Shown: positions 37,150 through 44,724 of the stretch, piece by piece
Layout: each line of letters begins with the position of its first letter
Position numbering within the stretch: position 1 is the first letter of the stretch
NCBI GenBank assembly: GCA_903830285.1
Contig: CAIKTE010000180.1
Span: forward strand, 2,660 to 66,659
Length of the DNA stretch: 64,000 nucleotides
Reading direction: 5' to 3'
Source: an uncultured Chitinophagaceae bacterium
GTDB taxonomy: Bacteria > Bacteroidota > Bacteroidia > Chitinophagales > Chitinophagaceae
Translations under genes and position numbers: made by a program
Notes under the pieces: generated by a model
What the model was told of the DNA's origin: nothing
Seen by the model: the letters and a program-made list of their open reading frames with translations, nothing else
The model's database searches: none

Positions 37150-38385
37150 ATGCAAAATTGGCGAATTAAGGTTTCGTTATTTCTAAACTATTTTGTTTTT
37201 GCGATTTTATTGAACAGTTCGGGTATTGCCATCAAGCAAGTTCAAAACAATTTTCATGTCAATAGTCAGGCAGCGGCATGGATCGACCCATGCAAAGATC
37301 TTAGCATTGCCATCCTTTCCTTTTTAGTAGCATCGTTTATTGTAAGAATTGGTTACAAACGTGCCATGCTTATTGCATTAGGGATTGTATCAGCAAGTTG
37401 TTTTGTAATACCTAACGTGCCTCAATTCATTGCCATAAAAATACTGTTTGTAATTGTGGGTGCTTGTTTCGCATTGATCAAAATGAGTGTATATAGTACG
37501 ATTGGCATCATTACAAAAAGTTCAAATGAGCATATACGCTTTATGAATTTTATCGAATCCTTTTTTACTGTTGGGAATTTCGCTTTATATTTTATTTTCA
37601 GTTTTTATATAGATAATGCTCATCCCGAATCAACTTCCTGGCTAAAGTCATATTATTTAATAGGCGGAATTTCAATTCTGGCATTTCTTTTATTGCTTAC
37701 TTCAACATTAGATGAATCGAGTATTCAAATAAGTGCTACTAACTTGGCACCTGATTTTTTTGACATGTTCAAACTGATGCTTCAGCCACTGATCTTGTCC
37801 TTTATTTGCTGTGCATTCTTTTATGTTCTAATAGAGCAAAGCATACAGAATTTTCTGCCTACGTTTAATGAAAAAGTGCTGCAACTACCTAGTAAACTAA
37901 GTATTCAAATGGCCAGCATTCTGGCAGCATCATATGCTCTAGGACGATTCCTTGCAGGAATAGTACTTAAAAAAATTCCATGGTTCTATGTATTAATTAC
38001 TTGTTTGCTTTTAGCAGCAGGCATGGTTTTGATTGCCATGCCTTTGGCTCAGGATGCTGATGGCAGTCATGCTACCAATTGGTTCAATGCACCGATAGCA
38101 ACATATATTTTCCCGTTGATCGGTCTGTTTTTAGCTCCGATATATCCCTCCATTAATTCAGCAATTCTAAGTTCTTTACCGAAAGCAAAACATGGCTTGA
38201 TGTCGGGGCTTATCATTGTTTTTTCAGCGATCGGGGGCAGTGCCGGGTCATTAATTACAGGACATATTTTTGATGCCTTTGGCGGAAAAACAGCATTTTA
38301 TTTTTCGTTGGTTCCGATGACCATTCTCATCATATGTTTATCTGTATTTAAGAAATTGCAACCCAAACTAAAATCTTCAGAATAA
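37150..38385 (+). CDS. MFS sugar transporter (glucose/galactose-type FHS family-like)
   Basis: 12 TM layout with the LFLNYFVFAILLNSSGIAI opening. First gene of a same-strand cluster with trehalase. Confidence 0.8.
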   Translation: MQNWRIKVSLFLNYFVFAILLNSSGIAIKQVQNNFHVNSQAAAWIDPCKDLSIAILSFLVASFIVRIGYKRAMLIALGIVSASCFVIPNVPQFIAIKILFVIVGACFALIKMSVYSTIGIITKSSNEHIRFMNFIESFFTVGNFALYFIFSFYIDNAHPESTSWLKSYYLIGGISILAFLLLLTSTLDESSIQISATNLAPDFFDMFKLMLQPLILSFICCAFFYVLIEQSIQNFLPTFNEKVLQLPSKLSIQMASILAASYALGRFLAGIVLKKIPWFYVLITCLLLAAGMVLIAMPLAQDADGSHATNWFNAPIATYIFPLIGLFLAPIYPSINSAILSSLPKAKHGLMSGLIIVFSAIGGSAGSLITGHIFDAFGGKTAFYFSLVPMTILIICLSVFKKLQPKLKSSE

Positions 38386-38401
38386 TCAGCTTATTTATTT
38401 T

Positions 38402-39895
38402 ATGGCAGAATATTTTTTTATAGAAAGCTTAGGAGAACTGTATGTTGATGTTCAATCAAAAGAAATTTTCCCTGACTCCAAATTTTTCGTGGATTGTACT
38501 CCCAAATTTCCTATTGCAGAAATATTGAAAAAATATAAAGCAGAAAAAGTTGCCAACAATTTCAGTTTGAAATTATTTGTTGCAACCAATTTTACTTTCC
38601 CTGATGAAATAGATACACACTATAAATCATCCAACAAGCCGATCCAGCAACATCTTCAGGGATTGTGGGATGTGTTGAAACGTATGCCCGATGAAAAAAG
38701 TGGTACTTTAATTCCATTGCCGCACTCCTATATTGTTCCGGGGGGAAGATTTAGAGAAGTATACTATTGGGACAGCTATTTTACCATGTTAGGTTTACAA
38801 ATTTCAAAGAGGATGGATATCATAGAAAACATGGTCGAGAATTTTTCTTACCTCATCCATCAGATCGGTTTTATCCCAAATGGTAACCGAACTTATTATC
38901 TCGGTCGTTCGCAACCTCCTTTTTTTGCATTGATGGTAAAATTATTGAGAGAAGAAAAAGGTGATACAGCTTTATTGAAATATGCAAGTGCTTTAGAAAA
39001 AGAATATCAGTTCTGGATGGATGGAGAAAAAAGCCTTACAAAAGAGAATACTGCTCAAAGAAGAGTTGTTCTTTTACCCAATGGCTCCTTAATGAATAGA
39101 TACTGGGATGATCATGATATTCCCAGGCCTGAAGCTTATATAGAAGATACGCATCTTGCAAAGCAAACAAATGCAGCGCCAACAAAGATTTACAGAGATA
39201 TTCGGGCAGCAGCAGAATCGGGATGGGATTTCAGCAGCCGATGGTTTAAGCTGAAAGACAAAATGGAAACAATTCAAACAACGGAATTAATTCCAGTTGA
39301 TCTGAATTGTTTATTGCTCCATCTCGAAGAAACTTTATTAGAGATCTATGAACTAAAAAAAGATCATTCACAAATACATTTATTTAAATCAAAGATCACA
39401 CAACGAAAAAAAGCCATTCAAACTTATTGCTGGAATGAAGAAACCGGCTTCTATTTCGATTATCATCATATAAAAAACGAACAAACCTTCCATTACAATT
39501 TGGCAGCAGTTTACCCATTGTTCTTTTCAATCGCTACCGAAAAGCAATCAAAATCTGTAGCACAAATAATAGAAGAGATGTTCTTACACTCAGGGGGTGT
39601 TGTTACCACAATTCATAAAACAGGCCAACAGTGGGACGCTCCCAACGGTTGGGCACCCCTGCAATGGATGACCTTTAAGGCTTTGAAGAATTATGGTCAT
39701 CTTGATCTTGCCAAAAAGATCAAAGACAACTGGGTTGCTGCCAATGAAAAAGTCTATAAAGAAACAGGCAAGATGATGGAGAAATATAACGTGATGGATA
39801 CTACCACTCAGGCAGGAGGTGGTGAATATCCCAATCAGGATGGGTTTGGCTGGACCAACGGAGTTTATTTAAAATTGGTCAATGAAATATTATAA
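38402..39895 (+). CDS. alpha,alpha-trehalase (GH37), cytoplasmic type
   Basis: PGGRFREVYYWDSYF (trehalase signature 1) and QWDAPNGWAPLQW (signature 2). No signal peptide. Confidence 0.93.
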   Translation: MAEYFFIESLGELYVDVQSKEIFPDSKFFVDCTPKFPIAEILKKYKAEKVANNFSLKLFVATNFTFPDEIDTHYKSSNKPIQQHLQGLWDVLKRMPDEKSGTLIPLPHSYIVPGGRFREVYYWDSYFTMLGLQISKRMDIIENMVENFSYLIHQIGFIPNGNRTYYLGRSQPPFFALMVKLLREEKGDTALLKYASALEKEYQFWMDGEKSLTKENTAQRRVVLLPNGSLMNRYWDDHDIPRPEAYIEDTHLAKQTNAAPTKIYRDIRAAAESGWDFSSRWFKLKDKMETIQTTELIPVDLNCLLLHLEETLLEIYELKKDHSQIHLFKSKITQRKKAIQTYCWNEETGFYFDYHHIKNEQTFHYNLAAVYPLFFSIATEKQSKSVAQIIEEMFLHSGGVVTTIHKTGQQWDAPNGWAPLQWMTFKALKNYGHLDLAKKIKDNWVAANEKVYKETGKMMEKYNVMDTTTQAGGGEYPNQDGFGWTNGVYLKLVNEIL

Positions 39896-39921
39896 CTTTA
39901 CAGGATATTATACGAATTGCA

Positions 39922-40419
39922 ATGTCCATTTCTATCACACAAACTACTGACGAAGAAATACTGAAAAGCTGTGCCACAATCATGTGCGAGTCAGAGCCCT
40001 GGATCACCTTGCAAAGAAATTATTCGGATTGTTTAGAATCTGTTCATGGTAATTATAAAGAAATATATATGACCAAGGATAATAATAAATTATCAGGATT
40101 TATTATTTTACAGATGGCAGGAACATTCAAAGGCTATATTCAGACCATTTGCGTTGCTCCAGAAGCAAGAGGAAAAGGTATCGGCACTGCATTGATACAA
40201 TTTGCAGAGCAAAGAATATTCAGCATTTCGCCCAATGCGTTTATGTGCGTTTCTTCTTTCAACCATGAAGCAGCAAAATTATACCAGCAATTGGGCTATG
40301 AAAAAATTGGCGAACTGAAAGATTTTATTCTGGAAGGATATTCTGAAATATTATTGCGTAAATCGATCGGAACTTTATCTGAATTTAAATACGCTCATTA
40401 TCAAAAAGAAAAAACATAA
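39922..40419 (+). CDS. GNAT family N-acetyltransferase
   Basis: ICVAPEARGKGIGTALI (acetyl-CoA binding Q/RxxGxG/A motif) and a YQQLGYEKIG tail. Confidence 0.85.
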   Translation: MSISITQTTDEEILKSCATIMCESEPWITLQRNYSDCLESVHGNYKEIYMTKDNNKLSGFIILQMAGTFKGYIQTICVAPEARGKGIGTALIQFAEQRIFSISPNAFMCVSSFNHEAAKLYQQLGYEKIGELKDFILEGYSEILLRKSIGTLSEFKYAHYQKEKT

Positions 40420-41414
40420 TGCAGCAAAACAGTACTTTAAAAAAACTTTCTGAAATTTTAAACCTCAGTATCTCTACGGTATCAAGGGCTTTAAAAGATC
40501 ATCCTGATATTTCCGAGAAAACAAAAAAGAAAGTAAGGGAACTGGCTGATGCATTGGATTACGAGCCTAATACATACGCTATTCAGCTTCGCACGAATTC
40601 AAGTAAAGTGATCGGTATATTATTGCCTTCAATCACTAACTTTTTTTATGACTCTTTTATTGCAGCTGTAGAGGTAAAGGCAAGAGAATTCGGTTATTCT
40701 GTAGTGATCATGCAATCGGGTGATTCTGTAGAAATAGAGTCTGCCAATCTTAAACTATTAAAACAAAACCGCATCTCAGGTTTATTTGTTTCACTTACCA
40801 TTGATACCAAAAACATTGAATCATTCTTAAAATTAAATGACCTGGAAATACCTGTTATTTTCTTAGACAGGGTTCCTGATTATGAAAATTGTAATAAGAT
40901 CTGTTTTGCCGACAGAGATGCATCGCGACTGGCAGCAGATGCATTAATAGAAAAAAATAAAAATCATGTTTTAGCACTCTTTGGCCATCCCAATTTAACC
41001 ATCACCCAAAAAAGGGAATCCTCATTCAGAGAAACTTATCAGAAAAATTCGCCTAAAACAAAATTAGACATTCATTTCCCAGAAAACTCAGCACCATCAA
41101 GGGTTGTAACATTGGCTGCTTTGAAAAAGAAAGACAGGCCTGATGCGATTTTTTGCATGGGCGACCTTATTTTGATTGGTGTAATGGAAGCCATTCATGA
41201 AATGAACATAAAAGTACCGGAAGAAATATCTATTATCAGTATCAGCAATGGTTTTATACCCAATATGTATAATCCCAAGATCACTTATGTAGAAACCAGT
41301 GGTTATAAATTAGGGATGGTTGCATTCGACAGAATGCTTGCCTGCCTCTTAGATAAAGATAGCATGAAAGAAGTTTGGGTAGAACCTATTCTTGTCCCCG
41401 GAAAATCTTTATAA
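40419..41414 (+). CDS. LacI family transcriptional regulator
   Basis: N-terminal HTH LKKLSEILNLSISTVSRALKDHPDISEKTKKKV and a periplasmic-binding-protein-like core. ATAATG overlap with the GNAT stop. Confidence 0.9.
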   Translation: MQQNSTLKKLSEILNLSISTVSRALKDHPDISEKTKKKVRELADALDYEPNTYAIQLRTNSSKVIGILLPSITNFFYDSFIAAVEVKAREFGYSVVIMQSGDSVEIESANLKLLKQNRISGLFVSLTIDTKNIESFLKLNDLEIPVIFLDRVPDYENCNKICFADRDASRLAADALIEKNKNHVLALFGHPNLTITQKRESSFRETYQKNSPKTKLDIHFPENSAPSRVVTLAALKKKDRPDAIFCMGDLILIGVMEAIHEMNIKVPEEISIISISNGFIPNMYNPKITYVETSGYKLGMVAFDRMLACLLDKDSMKEVWVEPILVPGKSL

Positions 41415-41416
41415 TA

Positions 41417-42337
41417 CTATTTTACTGATCGTAATGTGGCATAGAGATCAGGAAAATCTGAGATCATGCCATCTACTCCCATTTGTTTTAATTCTTTCAT
41501 CCTGATCAGATCATTGATCGTCCATGGAATTAGTTTAATTCCCAACTCCTTACATTGTTTTACCAATAATACTGTTACCGTTGTATGATCGGGAGAATAA
41601 ATAGTTGGAATAAATCCGAGCTCTTTTAATCTTTCTGCAAAAGACCTATCGGATGGCGGCTCAAATAAATAAGCTGTTTTTATTTCCGGATAATGTTCGT
41701 GTAAATATTGAAGCGTCCGAATATCAAATGACTGGATGATCACACGTTCCCCTACTCTTTTTTCTTTGATCACAGCCACAATTAATTCTACAAATTGATC
41801 CGGCTTTGGATGATAGATCCCATCTGTTGCAGATTGCGATTTTGTTTCAATATTATATTGGATCGGCTTTAATGAATGCAGCGTTGTATAAGCTTCTGCA
41901 CTATCGATCACATCAGCCAATCTTGGCTTATGCACTGCTAATTTTTGTTGACCAGGGAAACGAGGATGCGGTTTTGATCCAACATCGAATGTTTGTGTTT
42001 GCGCATAAGTCATTTCATAAATATTCAATGACTTCTCCTCTTTTTCATTTACAAAACTACCATCAGCCCTTGTGGTTATTTCATGATTGAAAAATGGTTC
42101 GTGACTGATGATGACCTGTTTATCCTTTGTGATCACAGCATCCATTTCCAAAGTGCTTACATGCAGATCTATGGCCTTTAAAAAAGCAGGAATAGTATTC
42201 TCGGGCATTAATCCCCTGCAACCGCGATGACCTTCATAGTCGAAACCCCCAACCCCTAAAGGGGGGTTATTAAGCTTTCTGCTGTTCATACAAGCAATGA
42301 TTAATAGTACACTTAATACTGTAAATAATTTTTTCAT
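41417..42337 (-). CDS. glycerophosphodiester phosphodiesterase (GDPD), lipoprotein/secreted
   Basis: EGHRGCRGLMPENT, LEMD, ISHEP, and a late PWTIND motif. Confidence 0.88.
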   Translation of the reverse strand: MKKLFTVLSVLLIIACMNSRKLNNPPLGVGGFDYEGHRGCRGLMPENTIPAFLKAIDLHVSTLEMDAVITKDKQVIISHEPFFNHEITTRADGSFVNEKEEKSLNIYEMTYAQTQTFDVGSKPHPRFPGQQKLAVHKPRLADVIDSAEAYTTLHSLKPIQYNIETKSQSATDGIYHPKPDQFVELIVAVIKEKRVGERVIIQSFDIRTLQYLHEHYPEIKTAYLFEPPSDRSFAERLKELGFIPTIYSPDHTTVTVLLVKQCKELGIKLIPWTINDLIRMKELKQMGVDGMISDFPDLYATLRSVK

Positions 42338-42966
42338 TTTCGAAAAAGTTGATCTTTTCGTTTTTCCATTTCTGCAGCTACCCTTTTTTGTTCGGCATCG
42401 CCTGTATTCAAACTGCTTAGAATATTATTATAGGTTTTTTCATCCTTGTTCTGACTGAGCTTAAAAATATTTTCTAAAGAATCAACTTTTATTTCAAAAG
42501 CAACGATGGCTTTGCTTAAACGCTGCACATATTCTTCGGGCATATGTTTGTAGGATGCAGGAGAATCAGCATTATTTTCAAAATGAGCTGTCAACTCGCT
42601 CAGCATTTGCAATAATTGTGCATCATCCAAGAAAGTCAGTTCCCCTTTTGCATGAACGCTCATATAATTCCAGGTAGAAGCCTGCTGTTTGTTTTCGTAA
42701 ACACTTGCACTGACATAAGTATGCGCGCCACTGAAAACAACCAGCACATTTTTATTTTGTTCCAATGCTTTGTGATGATCTGTTTGGCGCATGATATGTG
42801 CCTGCAAATACATCACACCATCTCGTTCTTTTAATAGTACCGGCACTTGTGTGGCAACGGGTTTATTTTCTGCATCCACAGCTATCAGCATGGCAAATGG
42901 ATGTTGCTTCATAAAATCAATTACAACATCAGCATTATTTTCTTTAAAGTAAGAAAGGTTATACAT
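42334..42966 (-). CDS. FMN-binding negative transcriptional regulator (PaiB family)
   Basis: FKENNADVVIDFMKQHPFAMLI...HIMRQTDH...NK, the typical PaiB/pyridoxamine-oxidase-like split barrel. 4-nt overlap with the GDPD start. Confidence 0.8.
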   Translation of the reverse strand: MYNLSYFKENNADVVIDFMKQHPFAMLIAVDAENKPVATQVPVLLKERDGVMYLQAHIMRQTDHHKALEQNKNVLVVFSGAHTYVSASVYENKQQASTWNYMSVHAKGELTFLDDAQLLQMLSELTAHFENNADSPASYKHMPEEYVQRLSKAIVAFEIKVDSLENIFKLSQNKDEKTYNNILSSLNTGDAEQKRVAAEMEKRKDQLFRK

Positions 42967-43026
42967 GAGATGAAGATAAACAAAGAATTAAACTTGAGAG
43001 TGATGTTTATGTTGTCGCTATTGAAT

Positions 43027-43057
43027 TTTATAGCATCGGTTGTTGCGTCGCACACTT
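43027..43057 (+). repeat. dispersed intergenic element, copy C (lacks the 22-nt double mini-hairpin core)
   Basis: TTTATAGCATC-ggttg-TTGCGTCG|CACACTT. Both flanks of copies A and B are present and directly abutted. Confidence 0.75.
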
Positions 43058-43312
43058 TTACTCCATAGCCTTGTGCCGCGGAGTACTTCAAGGTTCAGTT
43101 TTATAGCAACAAAATGAATGAAATGCTTGGAGGATTGTTGTAACGACAATACAAAAAACGCAACGTTATAACACTGATTTTAAATATTATTTTTTGACCT
43201 TCATGCATACTAAAGCATAAATTTTGGAGTGTTGGCTATAATTTAAAAAATAACATTGATTGTTGGGTAACTTTATAGACCAATATTTCTTTTCCATATA
43301 AATCCTAGATTT

Positions 43313-44044
43313 ATGAAACCAAATTTTTTACTTTTCATCATAGTTTTATTTGGTTTGAACTGTAAAAAGGACGCTTCAATAAACACTTTAACAGTAAGAG
43401 GGCATGTACTAAGCGAAATAACAAATAAACCATTCCCTAATTCCAAAGTTTTTATTACAGTGTATAAAACAGTATATTTTGGTTATATGCCTTTAACTGC
43501 TTCGATTGATCATAAAAATACAATAACAGACAGTTTAGGAAACTTCACTAGTGATATTATTATAGATAATGACTCTTCTACTGTAATAAGGTTTGAAAAA
43601 ATTGCAGATAAACAATCAGGTGATCTTGTTAAAAATGCTGAATTTAGTTTTTTATTATTTAGGCAAAACCCAATTACCAATTTATATGTTAGACAATATG
43701 CAGACCTAATAATAAACCTGAAAAATGTTATCCCATTTGACAATAATGATCAAGTAAGCATTTCATATTTTGTGACTGGTTCTTCTTTATCACATGACCC
43801 TGTTGATTCTGTAATAAATTATGGGTTAATAAATCAGCCATATTTACCACCAGCTTATAATGATGGTAAAAATCTTTTTTGGATTGGCAAAGATGTGAAT
43901 TCGACAATTGCAATAAAAGTTCAAGAAAGTACTACATTTCAAATTTTTTGGACAGCTAAAAAAAACAATATTATCACAAGCTATAAATCACAAATATTCA
44001 ATACTTCGATCAATAGTGTAAATAAGTTTGAAATTAACTATTAA
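43313..44044 (+). CDS. hypothetical lipoprotein
   Basis: MKPNFLLFIIVLFGLNC lipobox. The N-terminus (VRGHVLSEITNKPFPNSKVFI) resembles a carboxypeptidase-regulatory-like fold start. Visibly more AT-rich than its neighbours. Confidence 0.6.
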   Translation: MKPNFLLFIIVLFGLNCKKDASINTLTVRGHVLSEITNKPFPNSKVFITVYKTVYFGYMPLTASIDHKNTITDSLGNFTSDIIIDNDSSTVIRFEKIADKQSGDLVKNAEFSFLLFRQNPITNLYVRQYADLIINLKNVIPFDNNDQVSISYFVTGSSLSHDPVDSVINYGLINQPYLPPAYNDGKNLFWIGKDVNSTIAIKVQESTTFQIFWTAKKNNIITSYKSQIFNTSINSVNKFEINY

Positions 44045-44251
44045 AATTTTTTACTATCACTATCAGTGTATTTTAGTAATTGTAGCTTGACGGTAGTTAG
44101 TGAGATTTTGTTCCAACTCAATTGAAATATAAGACCCAACAAAATAATTTATCAATAATAAAACACAGTTCCGCTCCCTTCATCTCATTTCCACGACTAC
44201 TTAAATGCGACCTTTTATCGGAGTCTTCTAGATTATATAAAAAAAACTATC

Positions 44252-44581
44252 ATGAATCCTTTTTTTCATTCTGAATATTTTTCAGTTTCCCAAAAGAGTG
44301 TCCAACACTCAACGATGAGTGTTGAAGTCTCAACCACGAGTATTTTAGTCTCATCTCCGAGTATCGGAGTCTCATCCTTAAGTGTTTTTGTGTCAACGAT
44401 GTGTGTCAAACACTCAACATTGAGTATCAGAGTGTCTCCGTTGAGTATAAAACACTCATCGATGAGTATTGGAGACACAAATTTGTCAGTCAGAGCCTCA
44501 TCCTTGAGTATCAGACACTCAACTCTGAGTGTAAAACTGACAAGATTGCAGAAATCAGTAATGCCTATCAATTTAGCCTAG
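44252..44581 (+). other. 109-codon ORF spanning the 21-bp repeat array; coding status unresolved
   Basis: Ser-rich heptads S-[VI]-x-[VH]-S-[ST]-[LM] x12. The opposite strand (44266..44571) and a second + frame are open over the same DNA, so openness alone is not evidence of coding. Confidence 0.3.
44296..44547. repeat. 12 x 21-bp tandem array, consensus GAGTRT-N5-RNCTCA-WCNNT, no indels
   Basis: GAGT (or a one-mismatch variant) at 44296, 44317, 44338, 44359, 44380, 44401, 44422, 44443, 44464, (44485), 44506 and 44527. CTCA sits at unit positions 13-16. Junctions form ACTCA-N4-TGAGT dyads. Confidence 0.95.
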
Positions 44582-44610
44582 TTGGGGCTAAAGCCGGAAG
44601 CCCTTTCATT

Positions 44611-44652
44611 GAATTGCCCCGAACTTAAGTTTGGGGCAATTCAGTTTTGATG
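44611..44652 (+). terminator. 32-bp near-perfect palindrome GAATTGCCCCGAACTTAAGTTTGGGGCAATTC followed by AGTTTTG (candidate + strand terminator)
   Basis: The only mismatch is G/T. This is a G.U pair on the + strand transcript but an A/C mismatch on the - strand transcript. Confidence 0.5.
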
Positions 44653-44668
44653 CTATCCCTTAAATACA

Positions 44669-44701
44669 AATCCTCCGAGGTTTTAAAAACCTCGGAGGAT
44701 T
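44669..44701 (-). terminator. 33-bp perfect palindrome (AATCCTCCGAGGTTTT-A-AAAACCTCGGAGGATT) downstream of mrp/apbC
   Basis: Perfect dyad starting 24 nt after the 44725 stop. Confidence 0.65.
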
Positions 44702-44724
44702 GTTATACAAAAAGATATCACATG

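Noticed and set aside
37135-37150. AAATCGATTGC element overlapping the MFS start as a confident LacI operator
   Set aside because: Only the 8-bp AATCGATT core is symmetric and the outer positions do not match. I kept it only as a remark under the 35744 palindrome finding.
44296-44547. Possibility that the 21-bp array is a CRISPR array
   Set aside because: The units are contiguous with no unique spacers of about 30 bp. The repeat is only 21 bp and degenerate, and there are no cas genes in the window.
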